From positions 60,698,001 through 60,762,000 of the forward strand of contig CM060731.1 in assembly GCA_030704615.1 (NCBI GenBank): 64,000 bases of DNA, written 5' to 3'. The stretch is from Takakia lepidozioides. Taxonomy: Eukaryota; Plantae; Bryophyta. Below the pieces are notes generated by a model that did no database searches, had not been told where the DNA came from, and worked only from the letters and a program-made list of their open reading frames with translations. Below are positions 1 through 15,300 of the stretch, one piece after another (position 1 is the stretch's first letter; each line of letters opens with the position of its first letter). Position numbers and translations under genes: made by a program.

Positions 1-347
1 CCTACCTCTTTGTTCGCATGTTACAGAATCCTCTTGTGTATGGCATGTCCTGGGAAGAGGTAACCTAACACTACAGCCTTGCTCGCTCTCATGGGCATAT
101 TGTCTTCTCCACCCATTGTAATGCAGCCCATGGGGTATCTTGTCAATGCATTGTGTCGGCGAGGAATCCCGGCTGCTCTTTGGTCAAGCGACTCAGGAAG
201 CATTTGAGTTACCTCAAATTGGTTGTAAATGGGGAGCTCCAGTAAATGGGTCCGTACTTGCCCGCTTGCTTTATCCTGGTCTCTCTTTGCTCTCACAGCT
301 ACAGGATACGAATTCAACCCTCTCATTTGCGCACAAAATGATTGCAG

Positions 348-3300
348 GCAGTGAGGGATCCTGGGCTGACAGCAAAGCGCAAGGCTCTCATAACAGATGC
401 CGCACGTGCTCTGGACAAGGCCAAAATGCTTCGTTTTGATGAGAAGAGTGGGAACTTGTATGTGACTGACCTGGGGCGGGTAGCCAGTCACTTCTACATT
501 CAGTATACCAGTGTTGAGACCTACAACGAGATGCTCAAGCGGCACATGAATGACAGTGAGGTATTTGACCTTTCTTTTAATCAGTCTTCGACTCCATCTG
601 CATGAAGGATAAATGTGTAGAGTATCAACCTGGACTCACCGTCTCCTGTACTCAACAACCACTCCACTCAAGCATGTGAACCTCATGGGTATTATGGTTA
701 CTGTCCAGATCTCTTCTGCAAAGAGCCTAGCATCTGGTCGTGTATGTGGAGATTAATTTGATTGGCTTCAACGGCTGTTTTGGGCAAGGTTTCTAAGATG
801 TTTGTATGAGATGTGCCCATCCTGTCTTGCTAGGGGCAGCCAGGGGACGGATATTTGATATGTAGAGAAAAAGTAGCACCTATTGATACTCCCCCCAGAT
901 TCATATGACATCTTAGAAGGCTGCCTGAAGGATCTACCTCTGGGGTGCCAAGGTCTTGGGAATGTATGCTATTGCAATAAACCCTCTCCTGAGGAAGGCT
1001 GAAGTCACTGGGTCCAGAACTGTTTGAGTTTTTCAGTTCCTTAATAGTCTTTTATGGATTGATTGATTCTTACATGATGTATCCTTCTACATATTTCGAT
1101 GTGATTCTATACCTTCCTAAGTTTGACAGGTGGCAACATCTCGATTTTGTGCAGCTTATCCATCTGGTGGCACATTCATCAGAGTTCGAAAATATAATTG
1201 TGCGTGAGGAGGAGCAACAAGATTTGCTTAACCTGGTGCGGAGTGCATGCCCTTTGGAGGTCCGAGGAGGGCCTGAAGACAAGTATGGCAAGATCAACAT
1301 CCTTATTCAGGTTCTCACTCCTCATACCAAGCAGATGATGTTTTACTACTATCAGCTGCATTCTGGAACCTTACATATGTAACACCTACACACAGAAAAC
1401 CGGATTGTTTTCATTCTCTCTGTGTGATTGTTTTCTGCTGAATGTGGTCAGTTGTTGCCAGGAAGGTGAATAGTGTATGGAACACGTCTAAATTTAAAAG
1501 CACTAATGGATGTGACAGGTGTACTTGTCTCGAGCGTTTGTGGATGGGTTCTCGCTGGTAGCAGACTGTGCATACATAAGTGCCAGTTTGGGCCGCATAA
1601 TGCGCGCCTTGTTTGAAATCTGCTTGCGCCGCAGCTGGTGCTCCATGACTGCACTTCTGCTCGAGTACTGCAAGGCTGTTGATCGCCGTGTCTGGCCCCA
1701 CCAGCATCCCTTGCGCCAATTTGATGCCATTCTCTCGCCTGATGTACGTACCTTTGCTCACGAAGCTTGTTCGAGTACAGAGGAAGGGGAGCTTGTGTTA
1801 GCCTTGAAGAACTTGGTAGCTTTAATGATCTTAATGGGACTCAGTTACTTGCTTTTGCCAGATGGTGCTGAGTGGTCTAGAATCCATGTAATTGTAATCA
1901 TGCTGCAATATCTCGTTGTCAGTATGGTGTTATGTCTGGCTTCAGATTCTGCATAAGTTGGAAGACAGAGGAGCAGAACTAGAGCGGTTGTATGACATGG
2001 ATGAGAAGGAGATTGGTGCCCTCATACGACATCCCCATGGAGGGAAAGTAGGTCACTTGAGCCCCATAAAACTCACTTCCAGGGCTGTTGTTATGTCCAC
2101 AGTAGATGTTCAAAAAGTGCAAATGTGCATGACAGCAACGGTTATCAGAGTGTCTAAACGCTGTTCTCAACTCCCACAGGATTTTATGTCTGTGATTTCT
2201 CATGTTTGTACCTACACTGTGACGTGCAGATTTAGCATTTCTTCAGACACTACTCGTATTGTTTGTAGTGCACTTATGTCCAGACAATGTCTTGATGACA
2301 TGCGTAAACTTTTTCATGCAACGTGTGTTTTGATGTGTGGGTGAACTTGGTCGGCCATTGAGTTTGCTGACAAACGTGGCTATTGCAAATGTGAACTTCA
2401 TGCAGCTGGTAGTGCAATGTCTACAAAATTTTCCGCGTGTACATCTCTCAGCCAATATCAGTCCCATTACACGTACTGTCCTCCAGGTATTCCCTTATGA
2501 CCAATATCTTTAGTCCAATGTGGAAGTACTTCACAAGGATACAATTTATTTCATCAGAAACCATCAAGTCAGCTGGAGGTGTGCTGTAGTCAAATCTGTA
2601 GAAGAAAATTTTGATCAATCTACAGCTTGGAGGCTTCCTAACATCTGTCCAAAGGGTGATTCGGATGATTTTTGGTGGGTTGCCCAATCTGCCAATCTGC
2701 TGATAATGGTTCCTGAACAGGTGGCTTTGACAATCACTCCAGATTTTGTATGGAAGGATAGGATACATGGCACATCTGAGCGCTGGTGGATATGGGTGGA
2801 GGTCAGTTGCCCTCAAGAGCAGTCTGTCTTCCATTCTCCACTTTCCATCTGTTGTTGCAAAGAAATATCTGCACTTTGGCTTGCCAGAAAGCATGTATGT
2901 GGTCCATGCGGGAGTAGTGCATGTAATTACTTTTGGCAATGTCCAGCAGGTTATGCGCAGAGGATATTAGGTGGTTCATAGAGTGTGCAGTTTGTTTATT
3001 ATGCAAGAGGTTAGAGGGTTAATGTACATCAGGTGTGAACTCAAAACAGGTATCTTGTACTCACTCTTAGTTTGAAGCATTCAGCTGCTTGACTAGATTC
3101 GGATGATTGGCCCAAAACAGGATTCAGAGAATGAGCATATCTACCATTCAGAGCTCTTCATATTGACAAAAAAGATGGTGGCAGAAGGGAGTCAAACACT
3201 GTCATTTACCATTCCAATATTTGATCCTCTTCCAAGCCAGTACTACATTCGTGCTGTCTCTGATACATGGCTGCAAGCTGAGGCTCTTCACACCGTTTCT

Positions 3301-6300
3301 TTCCAGCATCTCATTTTGCCAGAGGTAGGCATCAGTTTGCTGCATCAAGTTGTCACATTGACAAAGCATTTCGAAATTAACTTTCAATTAAGAGAGTCGG
3401 AGTGGGGATAGTGGGGGTTAGTTCTGTTGTTTGTATGATTTGCTAGCTGCCAAGGTTCATGGACCCTGGGCACACAACTTTACTGTGACCTTGAAGAAAA
3501 TCCAGCACTGCTAAGTTCTTGGGGGCAATGGTTTGCGTGTGCTGGGATGGGAGAATAGCTGCATCCGCCACACACAGAGTTGCTGGATTTGAGGCCCCTT
3601 CCTGTGACAGTACTGGGTAACAAGGCGTTTGAGAGCCTCTACAGTTTCTCTCACTTCAACCCTATTCAGACTCAGGTCCTGTTGCCTGCATACTTTACCC
3701 TTCACTTATGTCTTTGCCATTTTCTGCAGAGGACAGCCAGTGATGGACTAGTCTGTTGAGAGTAGCCATTTACTGCATGATGGTAAGCCATGAGTAGTGG
3801 GTGGAGTTCTACTTGCAGGCCTTTCACACTCTCTACCACACTGACAACAATGTGCTGCTGGGGGCTCCAACGGGGAGTGGGAAAACAATCTCTGCAGAGC
3901 TGGCCATATTTCGCCTCTTCAATACACAACCTGACATGAAGGTAGTAACATACCTGCATGATTGTACTGGCTGCAGACAGCTGAGTTTCAGGGATTTCAT
4001 TGTACTCCCCCTGCACTCTTACATTAAATTTGGTCCTCTCTGAATGATGGGAGAATCCCAATTGAAAGTTCATATTTTGTTCTTCACCAAGGTATGTATC
4101 TATATGTGTGGTAGTATGGTGTCTTGGCATAGGGGAAGGGATGATTTATCTTGTACCATACTGTGTATAGATCAGTTCTTGCTCCAGTGACAATTGCTTT
4201 CACAAAGAGGAAACTTCTGGGCTGTGATCTGTTTAATGGAATCCGCTGGTGTGGGGCCTGTGCAGGTGATCTACATTGCCCCCCTCAAGGCACTCGTAAG
4301 GGAGAGAATGGACGGTTGGGGGAAAGGGCTGATACGCACTTTGGGGAAGCAGATGGTAAGCCTAACCTTCCTTGAGGCCAGACAGACTATAATCCTTAGC
4401 ACCGTATCATGGCCCTTGTGCCCTTCACAGATTCTTTTCTGGGACTCCAGGTGCCTTTCTCATGAAACTAAGAGCCCTCAAATTCCAGCCAATAGAAAGA
4501 ATGAATGAATGAATGAAATTAAGACATGTCTTTGAGGACAAACGAAGTGCTAAAAGGATGTTCGGGTGTGCCAGGTAGAACTGACTGGGGACTTTACACC
4601 GGATATGAGGGCTCTTCTTGCTGCTGATATCATCATTTCAACCCCAGAGAAGTGGGATGGAATCAGTCGTAATTGGCACAATCGCAGCTATGTCACGAAG
4701 GTGTGTGTGGGTTTGTGTTTGTTTCATGCCTCTCGGACCCTCAAGGGTTCCCATGGCTTTTGCAAACTTTCAGTTTTTGTTTCTCCATGGCTGAGGGCCA
4801 GAATTGCTTCGCAGCTTACTGACACAGACACTTTGTCTCTGGCATAGTTTTTTCGACCCATTTGTTGGTTTCGTTATAAAGCACCATTTCATTTCATTTC
4901 TGCTGGTTTCTCTTCTTGTTGTATTTTGTTCCATGTGTACACGTCTTATGAGTACATTCTGTTCCATGTGTGTATACTGCTCCATAGCTTTTGGGTATAC
5001 TGTGGACGTAGTAAATATTATTTATTCTTCTCTCTCAGCCCCAAATTCTGGATTTATTTTCCCCCATTCTCCCAGTCCCACACATTACTAGTTTTCTTGC
5101 CCACCCACCCCCTTGGGTATGCTTTATGATGCTGTCCACTCAATCATCTTAGATGAGGCAAGAATGGCAGGCTTACTACCATTGACATTCTGTAGGGTCA
5201 GTCTCAGTTGGTCGTGTAGCTAGACTTAAGGTATATTGTGTTGGAGATATGTAGACAGAAGGATGGCTGGTAGAACTAGTAACATGTTGGATTTTACAGG
5301 TGGGCTTGATGGTGATTGATGAAATTCATCTCCTTGGAGCAGATCGTGGACCTATTTTGGAGGTACCGCTCAGAGTCCTAAAAGTTCAGTTCTCCTTCTG
5401 GGAAGAGATCCCTTTTATGCTATTGACATTTATCACGGTTAATGTGCACGTTCACAGGTAGGTATGCTTGTATACTGCATCTGTCATGGAACAACTTTGG
5501 ATGGGATGGAAGAGCAAGACATGCCAAGGTGTTCATTCATAGTAATGTATGCTGGAGACTGAGTACACTTCTTTCTGACTTGACAGGTGATAGTGTCACG
5601 TATGAGATATATTTCGTCACAAACAGAGCGGTCGGTGCGGTTCGTGGGATTATCCACGGCCCTTGCCAATGCCAGGTTTTTTTAATTTCAGCCCAACTAG
5701 TTGCTGTTCAGTTACCCCAAACTTCAAACTCTCACTGGCCCCATTTTTCTTCTCGTTACTTTGGTCAGAACCCTCCTCACCTTCTTTCCTCCTTATACTA
5801 ACATAGCCAAATTATGACATGTGATGGGGATCGTGGGTGAAAGATTACACGCTGCATCTTTCACGCTGCTCTAACTGAACACTTCAATGTTGCATTATTG
5901 GTAGGGATTTGGCAAACTGGCTGGGGATTGAGGATGTTGGACTCTTCAATTTCAAGCCCAGTGTGCGGCCTGTGCCTCTTGAAGTGCACATACAGGTGGT
6001 TCTTTTGTCTTTGAAATAATGCTTTTGTTCTGTGTAGTTTAGGAGTGAATGGTGATGCATTATTGATCTACTTTAGTAACCATATTACTGGCAATTTTGA
6101 GCCATGTTCTGCATAGCCTGCTGAGTTGGATTGGCCACCTCGCACTCAGGTGACATCTTTGAGAGGATCCCCTTCCCACTGCAAACCTCTTTATTTTCTC
6201 TACCTTCTGGGTCTCCCCTCTGCTCTCCCGCACTTCCCCTTTTGTCCCTCGTTACCTTTGGGCCTGCCACAGGTGTCAGTATTTTTTTTTTAATATTTCT

Positions 6301-9300
6301 TTCTCTCTCTGCGATCCTCTCTCATGAGGACCTTACCTTCCAAGGTAGTTCTCCACGGATTGAGATTTGGCGATGAAAGGATGCAATCCCTGAGGCTAGA
6401 CTCATCCTCTCTATACCTTCCAGGAAGTAGAGATAGGGTCTCATTTCGTTTTCTCTCCACTATTTATTCAGTGGATCCCAATCTCTCACTGAAGTCTTCC
6501 ACTATGAGGATCAAAAATGCTTGGCAGCCTACCTGCACGAGGCCTTCACCCTTAGACAATCGCTAGAACATTAGTTCTTATTCTTGGGTTCTGGTTTTGT
6601 TCCTCTCTCATGTTTTCTTCCATTTTGTCCCATAAGCTCTATGAGCTTTCCGCGGACGTTGTAAAAGCACCATTTCGTTTCATTTCATTTCATTTCTCCT
6701 GCCCGATGTATTCTGAGATCAGGGGCAGATACTGCTGTCTGTTTTGAGTCTCTCCGTCTTTGCAGTGGCCTTCAGCTTCAGGGATGTAAAGTGCTTGGCA
6801 GCTTGACTGCATGAGCCCAACTTTGTTCAAGGAAATGTTTGAAGTTGTTTGGTGACATTTCCTTGTTCCTCTCCTTGTGCTCATGTATCCTTGCGGGCAC
6901 CCTGTGGATGTTCTTTCTTTCGTTTGATGCTTGTGTGAAGGGCTTTCTAGAGGATATCTGGAAAACCCGAACTAATGTCTGTATCAAAGTCACACTACCG
7001 GAGTGAGCCCCTCACAAAGATAGTTTCTGTTCCCTTTTGTTCCGCCCAAACTGAGCGCGGGTTCTGTGGCCACAAGGCTACGGCAAACAACGTCTTATGA
7101 GTTTATTCTTTCTTCCTCTTGTCCCATAAGCTCTTTGATCTTCCCATGGATCTTGGGGTACTACATAAGCACCACACAACGTCCACTTATGTACTTATAA
7201 AGTACCATTTCATTTCATTTCATTTTCTCTGCCTCACGAGACTATGGCAAACAACGTCTCATGAGTACATTCTCTTCCTCACAAAATGCATGGTATGAAC
7301 ACACAGGGGTACCCGGGAAAATTCTATTGCCCAAGGATGAACAGCATGAACAAGCCAACATATGCAGCCATCACCACACATTCACCCTTCAAGCCAGTGC
7401 TCATTTTTGTTTCGTCACGTCGGCAAACTCGGCTCACATCGCTGGACCTTATTCAGGTCTGTTTTGTCTGCTTGAGATTGTTACTTTATCTCGTCATTTG
7501 TTACAGCCCAAATACAAGTGACAACCATAGACATTGTATGGAAAGTACTTCATTTTCAGGCGTCACATGGGCTATGTGTATTGTGAGCTTCAAGATATCC
7601 GATATCAGCTAACAGAAGAAATCCTAGGAAATAGAAGAAACCCTCGGAAAAAGCTATGGGGTATGTTCCTTCAGGACATACAGAGACCCATTCCAGAAGG
7701 GAATGTAAAAGACTAACATACCATGTTTGTCTGTCTACAATGATAGAAATAAGACTCAACAGTCTTCTGAGTAGAGCGTAGTCGTCTTGAGCTGTAACTT
7801 TGTGTGTGTGTGTGTGCGTGTATGATGTAAATGGGAAAGAGAGAAGATAATAATCTTCTTATAACATTCAGGAGAAAGAAAATGAAATGAAATGATACTG
7901 TATAATGTCCCAGGAAAGATAATTTTATAGTGTCCAAAATACTTGAGGGGGGTGTTTGACTTGTGCAAGGAAAACTGACTGGAGTTTGGTGGTATAGGCT
8001 CGTTTCTATGAACAGATATGCCCTTATACTTTTGATAACTAGGTTTCTAGATTGTGGAGAGGAGTGGACATCAAGAATGATTATTTTGACACTTTGTCCA
8101 CATCATAGGAGGGTGCATCATCGCAAGACAGGAAGCACAATTTTATTATGATAGTTTATTCAGATCGATTCCTGAGTCATAGGGTTCACCTGAGCTCCGG
8201 TTTCCTGTAATCAGCCAACAATTAGCAACTTTAGTGCAAACTTTTCTGAGCTGAATCTAGGAAGGTTATTGTGAACCCTGATCTGGCTTCTCAATCACTG
8301 GAAGCGTGACTAGCAGATCTGTGTGGAGCTCCCACATGTCCCTCCAGCTCCATGCACCATAACCCTGATATACTGGCAGACTACACTAATGGTTGACAAA
8401 TCACTGAAGGGATCAGCCCTGAACTTCAGCTAATCAGTCTCATGATATAGCAATGTATTCCACTCAGAGGATCAGGAAACCATCAGTGTTATTATCTGCT
8501 AATTTACCCATGAGTTCTGGTTATCAATTGTTCGAAAACTGTCAGTCAGTACAACTGGCAATTGTAGGCTGTAACATCATTTGCCAGTTCACAGCCTCGC
8601 AGAAATGGGTTCATCAGTACATCGAGTTGATGTAGGGTAACTGCTACTGCAGGCTATTACATGATCAATCCAATGCTTTTGTTAAGACAAGGGGTGACAA
8701 GTCTTTCTGGTTGGTATAATATAGTATGCAGCTGCAGACGAGCGGCCGCGGCAGTTTTTGGGCATGACAGAAGATGAGATGGAGATGATAGTATCACAGG
8801 TGACAGATACAAACCTGAAGCACACCTTGCAGTTTGGCATTGGGCTGCACCATGCTGGTCTCAACGAGCGTGACCGGTCTCTCGTTGAGGAACTCTTCAC
8901 TAACACCAAGATTCAGGTAAGATGTCCTCTGTGATGTAACGCATGTGATGCAGTGTCAATGGCTGTAGTGAGGTTGTCTAGCCTTCTTAGTAATCATGTT
9001 CATGTGGTTGGTGGGGGTTGGAACAAACAGATACTTGTGTGTACAAGCACACTGGCATGGGGTGTCAATCTACCAGCTCATCTTGTTGTCATCAAGGTAC
9101 CATTCTTGTCTGCAAACTGCAATTGTATCATAGGGATCTCTACTTCCTTTTGAAAGAGATCAGATACCCAAATGTGCTCCGCCCACTAGGGTCAAGATTC
9201 TATTGAAGGATGGAAATTCAGACAAGATAATGGAGATCACAGGATATGCTTCTCATTAGAAATGTTGCAACGGAGAGGAGACTGATGACAGCTTGATGGT

Positions 9301-12300
9301 GCCATTGGTGTGGCCAGGGGACGGAGTACTATGATGGCAAGACCAAACGCTATGTGGACTTCCCTATTACAGATGTGTTGCAGATGATGGGCCGTGCAGG
9401 TCGACCCCAGTTTGATCAGCATGGCAAAGCTATTATTCTTGTTCATGAACCCAAGAAAAGCTTCTACAAAAAGGCAGGTTTTCCCTACCCTATCTCTCTC
9501 TATGGTTTATCTTTTTGATCTTATGAAGTTACTTTGTCTGTCTTTCTGCTCATGTTCTCTGTTTCTCAAGTAGTGTAATTTTTCCACTGCAGAGGGGTCA
9601 ACTCTGAGGTTAAGAAAACCATGCTTTGTCGCGTTATTAGACCTGCCTTGGAGTACGGATCTGCTATATGGGTTGATAACTCCAACCAGGCTAAGTCTCT
9701 AGAATCCATTCAAGTGGGGGTGCTTAAGGAGTGTATGTCAGCATGCTCCAAAACAGCCAATGTGGCTGTTCGGGGTGAGTTTGGCATTCCGTCCTTAAGC
9801 TCCCGACGAGATGAATTCAAGGTCAGATGGTGGGGTCAGCTGCAACATATGCCCAACACCAGATATCCTAAGTTAATCAACTCTATATCTTGGAAACAGG
9901 ACTGCCCTGTCAAACAGACTAAGTCCTGGCAGAAGAGAGTAGAAGAGATCCTCAAGGACCTGGACCTGGATCCGCAAGTCTTGACCCTGCTGGATAAATC
10001 TGACTTAGAGGCTGTAGTGTCCTCAGCCATGTCTGTTCCCATGAGATTGTCTGATGAAAATGAAGTTAGGCAGAAAACTTCCCTGAACTTGTTTCCAGTC
10101 TGTGACATGGGGGAGGACATCTTGGATGACCTCAAGGGTCTACCCACTCTCGGCACTAGACTGAAATTTAAACTCAGGGCAGGAAGCCTACCTTTGAACA
10201 GCAAACAGAAGCAGAGAGGAAAGGGAGAGTGCAATTGCCCGTTGTGTGGGCAATCTGAAGACAGTATTCATTTTCTGATACACTGTCCGGGGTTCTCTCA
10301 CCAAAGAGACGCTCTCTTCAAATCTATTAAGGGAATTGTGCCTGTACCCCTGTTTACCAACTTTGAAAGTCTCGAGGCTGAGCCAAAAGCCCAGGCCCTC
10401 CTGAGGCCTAGTTTTTGGGCAGATTGATGCTTGTGTGAAGGGATTTCTAGAGGATATCTGGAAAACCCGGATTAATTCTTTATATGGAGGTAAGTCTTAC
10501 TACCAACGTCAGCCCCTGACAGAGGTAGGTTCTGTCCCTTTTGTTCCCGCTCAAACTGGGCGCGGGGTCAATGGCCACAAGGCTACGGCAAACAACGTCT
10601 TATGAGTACAATCTCAAGTAGTGTATGTTCCCTTTGGTTCTGCCCAAACTGGGCGCAGGGCCTATGGTCACAAGGCTACATCAAACCACGTCTTATGAGT
10701 ACACTCTCAATGCCTTACTAGTTTAGTGGTTTATTTTATATGCAGTAGTGCTGAGTTTCAGGGAAAGACTTGCTAACTTACAGTGTGGTATTGGCAGTTT
10801 TTGTATGAACCCTTTCCAGTCGAAAGCAGTCTTGCCCAACATCTTCACGACCATTTTAACGCAGAGGTGGTTGCTGGCACAATTGCGAGCAAGCAGGATG
10901 CAATTGATTATTTAACTTGGACCTATCTTTTCCGTCGACTGGTAATTTCAGTGTGCTGTCTGTTCTCTTCCATTTTATAGGCTTGATGCAGCATGCAAAA
11001 GGTGTCACAAAATGCATTGCTGAAACTTGAAACTCAAATAAATGCTTCAGGACATTTTGCCAGCAGACTTGTCTTGAAAGATAGCTCACCTTGGTGGCTT
11101 GAGGGATATGAGGTCTGCAGGTTATGAATCCCAGCTACTATGACCTGGATGACACCAGCAGCACTTCCATCAATGCGTTCCTTTCCAGGCACTATTCCCT
11201 TCTATTCTTAGAGCCTTATCTCATGCTGCTTACATTCTAATTTGCCTCATAAGGGCTTTGGGCTTCTGTCTCTCTCCTGGACTCTCTGCTTTGAAGTCTG
11301 TTTTGGAAGTTTCCAGTGAAAGCTTTCTTTTGGTCCCACAGGTCCTGCAGAAATCTTATGTTTCTCTCCGTGGGCTCTCTCTCTCTCTCTCTCTTTCTCA
11401 CGAGACCTTCACCCTTAGACAATCGCTAGAACATTAATTGTGGTTTCTGGATTTGTTCCTCTCTCATGTTCTTCCATTTTGTCCCATAAGCTCTATGAGC
11501 TTTCCGCAGACGTTCTAAAGCACCATTTCATTTCATTTCTTTTCTCTGTAGGCTACGGCAAACAACGTCTTATGAGTACATTCTCTCTTTCTCTGTCCTA
11601 TTACCAATGAATCCAGATGATGTGGACATCACATCCAGACATGACTGCAACAGACTCATTAGGAGAGAGCTTATGGAATTACATGTCAAGAGAACTTGGA
11701 AGCTACCCAATTCTCACGACAAAGCTCCACTTCTATCGAGAGACATTCTTGGTGCTCCGCGATGATAGAATCTTGAGACCAAATTACCTTCCAGCACCCT
11801 TATCTCCTTCCCTCCTGAGGGCATTGGGGCGGTTCAGGGTGGGTTCTCACAACCTCCGGATAGAGACTGGCAGATGGGAAAACCTGCAACGGGAGGACCG
11901 CCTATGTCCAGCTTGCATAGGGCGCAGCAAGGAAATTGAAACTGAAGAACACTTCTTCTTCTACTGCCCTCTATACTACGAGATCCGTGGGAGATTCCAC
12001 TGTTTATTCAGTGGAACCCAAACTCTCACTGATGTCTTCCACTATGAGGATCAAAAATGCTTGGCAGCCTACCTGCACGAGGCCTTCACCCTTAGACAAT
12101 CGCTAGAACATTAATTGTGGTTTCTGGATTTGTTCCTCTCTCATGTTTTCTTCCATTTTGTCCCATAAGCTCTATGAGCTTTCCGCGGATGTTAGAAAGC
12201 ACCATTTCATTTCATTTCATTTCTGTCCCATAAGCTCTATGAGTTTTCCGCGGACGTTATAAAGCACCATTTCATTTCATTTCTCTTTCTCTGTGGACGT

Positions 12301-15300
12301 TATAAAGTACCATTTCATTTCTCCATAGGGGAAAATCACCCACAGCAGATTGATGCTTGTGCAAAGGGATTTCTAGAGGATATCTGGAAAACTCAGATCA
12401 ATTGTCTGTTCCCATGTAAGTCATACTACCGGCGTCAGCCCCTGACAAAGGTAGTTTCTGTCCCTTGTGTTCCACTCAAACTGGGCGCAGGGTCAATGGC
12501 CACAAGGCTACGGCAATCGTTGTCTTATGAGTACATTCTCTCCATAGTTTGGCGTAAGAAATTCTTTTCTTCTCTTCTCTCTCCAACACAAAATATGCTC
12601 TATTGTGCCCCATTCTCTTACACAAGGTGCCGAGTGAGATTATAATGCTTATGAATGTGATTGTAGCAGCATGGTGAGTAACACTCTCCAAGCATTGGAG
12701 GATGCGGGTTGTATACAAGTGAATGAGGAAAACACAGTGGAGCCACTGGTGATGGGCACAGTGGCATCACAGTACTACTTAAAGTATTCCACAGTCGCCC
12801 TTTTCAGCGCTAACATCCGTTCTGACACTTCACTTGAGGCAAGATCCTTCCATTAGGATCTGAGGAATTTTCTGTTGTATGGGTTGGTCTTGTTTTCTTA
12901 TATGTTTGTGGTATCAATAGATGATACAATTGTCTACAAGTAGAGAAAGCAGCAATACATTGTAGTGACCTACCTTAACCTTTTTGCTCTATTGGTTCCT
13001 CCTACTCAAAAGTTCCTCATAGATGAGAAACTTACTGTTTTGGTGACCTATATTGGATGGCTAACACCTGACCTTTACTAACTGGCAGGCACTTCTACAT
13101 GTACTGTGTGGGGCTGCGGAGTATGATGAACTACCAGTTCGTCACAACGAGGTAGCTTCACATTCATTTCCTTGTGAAGACTTGATTTCTTTCCAGACAG
13201 ATCTGTACTAATCTAACGGCTAAGGACCTGTAATATGGTGTCCTCGCAGATGGGGCCTTCTCCTTGATGATTCTGACTTTTAAGTTCCTCACCCGAAGGA
13301 GGTCCTCATCTGTGAGCTCACCATATTATCCAAGTTTATGTGACTTTTAAGTGTTTCTAACTCCAAATTTTAGGATTTGATCTGACACTATGCTTTTCAA
13401 TTCAGGGGAGTGTCCTGTTTATTTGAATAGTCTATAATGACGTGAGTGTCAGCTTGTTATGGATTCTGGGGGTCGACCTCTGTCTCTGGACCTCCATGGA
13501 GGATTTCGCCGAACGCCCATAAGGTGTCTCTGCTGATCCATAACCAGCTCATTTTCTACAGGGAAACACCTCAAACAGACAAAATATATGTCTAACATTT
13601 AAACCTCGGCAGGCAAATCAATGGCAGGAAACCTTACTGGGTCAGCAACTGGAGATGGGGATGGCTTGTCTCCCTCGCATTAGACCTGAGGGACACTAGT
13701 CTGATATTTGTGTCAAGGGTTTGACATTATGGCTCAGGACTTGCTGGATATTTGTGTCGAGGGTTTGACACCATGGTGCCATGGTCCTCATGCAGGAAAA
13801 ATTGAATGAGGAGCTGGCCAAGGATGTGCGGTGGGCTGTGGATATGCGGTCTCTCGATGATCCACATGTGAAAACCAACTTATTGATGCAGGTATAACAG
13901 AAATCTTAAACCTCTCTTATTTGAAGGCTGGTGGATCGATCATTAGTATGATGGTCTCCATCGGTCTAATGTTGAAACCTGTATAGACTAGAGGCCGTTT
14001 GAGCATTAAACAGAGCATGATCATGCCAGTGTTCTTACTAGAAAAGGAAAATGTGACAGCAAGAGTTGGGATGAATAGGACTTGACTTCTGAAGAGTACG
14101 TATTGACTTCATGATTCCTGCATATGAAGGATGTAGTTAGAATAGAATGAGTTGATGCAAGGGGACAACAAGTGCTTGCATCATTGTGTGCAATCACTTC
14201 GAAAAAATTAATGGAATGGTATGTAACGGCATGGGCAGGCACACTTCACGAGGATGGAACTACCCATCACTGATTATGTGACTGACACCAAGTCAGTACT
14301 GGACCAAAGTATCCGTGTTTTGCAAGCTATGGTGGATGTGGCTGCCAACGGTAGCTGGCTTCAAACAGCCCTCTTCAGTATGCACCTCCTTCAGATGATC
14401 ATGCAGGTACACACTTTTTTTATGTTTCCTTTCTACCTGGTGACCCTTTCCTACATCTCTTTGCCCTTCTTGAAGCTGAGGTTGTGTGGTAGTCTGTCCA
14501 AGACTGTTGAGGACATCCATTCATTATGGATAAATGATCCATGATTTGAGCAGGGCCTATGGTGGGGCACGGACGAGGACTCACCGCTGAGGATGCTACC
14601 ACACATCGACAGAGAAGTTCTGACTGCCCTCAACCATAGGGGTGTTTTCACATTATATCACTTGCTTTCTGCCTCAGCGGACCACTTACACAGAATCTTG
14701 CAGTCTGTTCTCACACCTCCTCAAGTTATCGACTTCATGCAGGTGCACTCTTCAACATCTGACTGAGAATTCTTGTTTTACTTTCCTGAATTCAAACCCT
14801 AAGGACATTAAACTCCTACTTATCTGCCTTGTTCACGTTTGCAGCCTTGCTATGCTGATCTTTCCCTCTCAGTTTGTGTCTCGTATAGAGCACCCTGTCC
14901 AGGTGAATGGATCTCTGATTATGACTGATGCAAGAGGGGGGAGGACAGGTGGTAGTGAGACTGCCACAGTTGGAAGTCAAGTGGAATCTGGAGTCAAGCA
15001 GGAGGAATGGTGGCGATGAGTGGGTTTTGCATGTTCGGCTTTGGAGGCGGAGCATAAAGAGAAGTCGGAGTGCTAGAGCTTACGTGCCTCGTTTTCCCAA
15101 GGTTTGATTGTCCACTTGCATCCTTTACTGGATTTGCATACTCTTTACAGATAGATGTCTGGCTTGGCCTACTTAATCGAAGCTGATCAATGAGTCTGGA
15201 TGTATCATAAGCAGGTCAAGGAGGAAGGGTGGTGGCTAGTTGTTGGCAACCCCAAGACACATGAACTTTTTGCTCTCAAGCGTGTTAGTTTTTTGGAGCA

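Noticed and set aside
10560-10612. Hammerhead/HDV ribozyme in the LINE family A tail (CTTATGAG near GCAAAC)
   Set aside because: The core deviates from CTGANGA…GAAA, the order is wrong, I found no supporting stems, and the tail reads as the end of the RT ORF.
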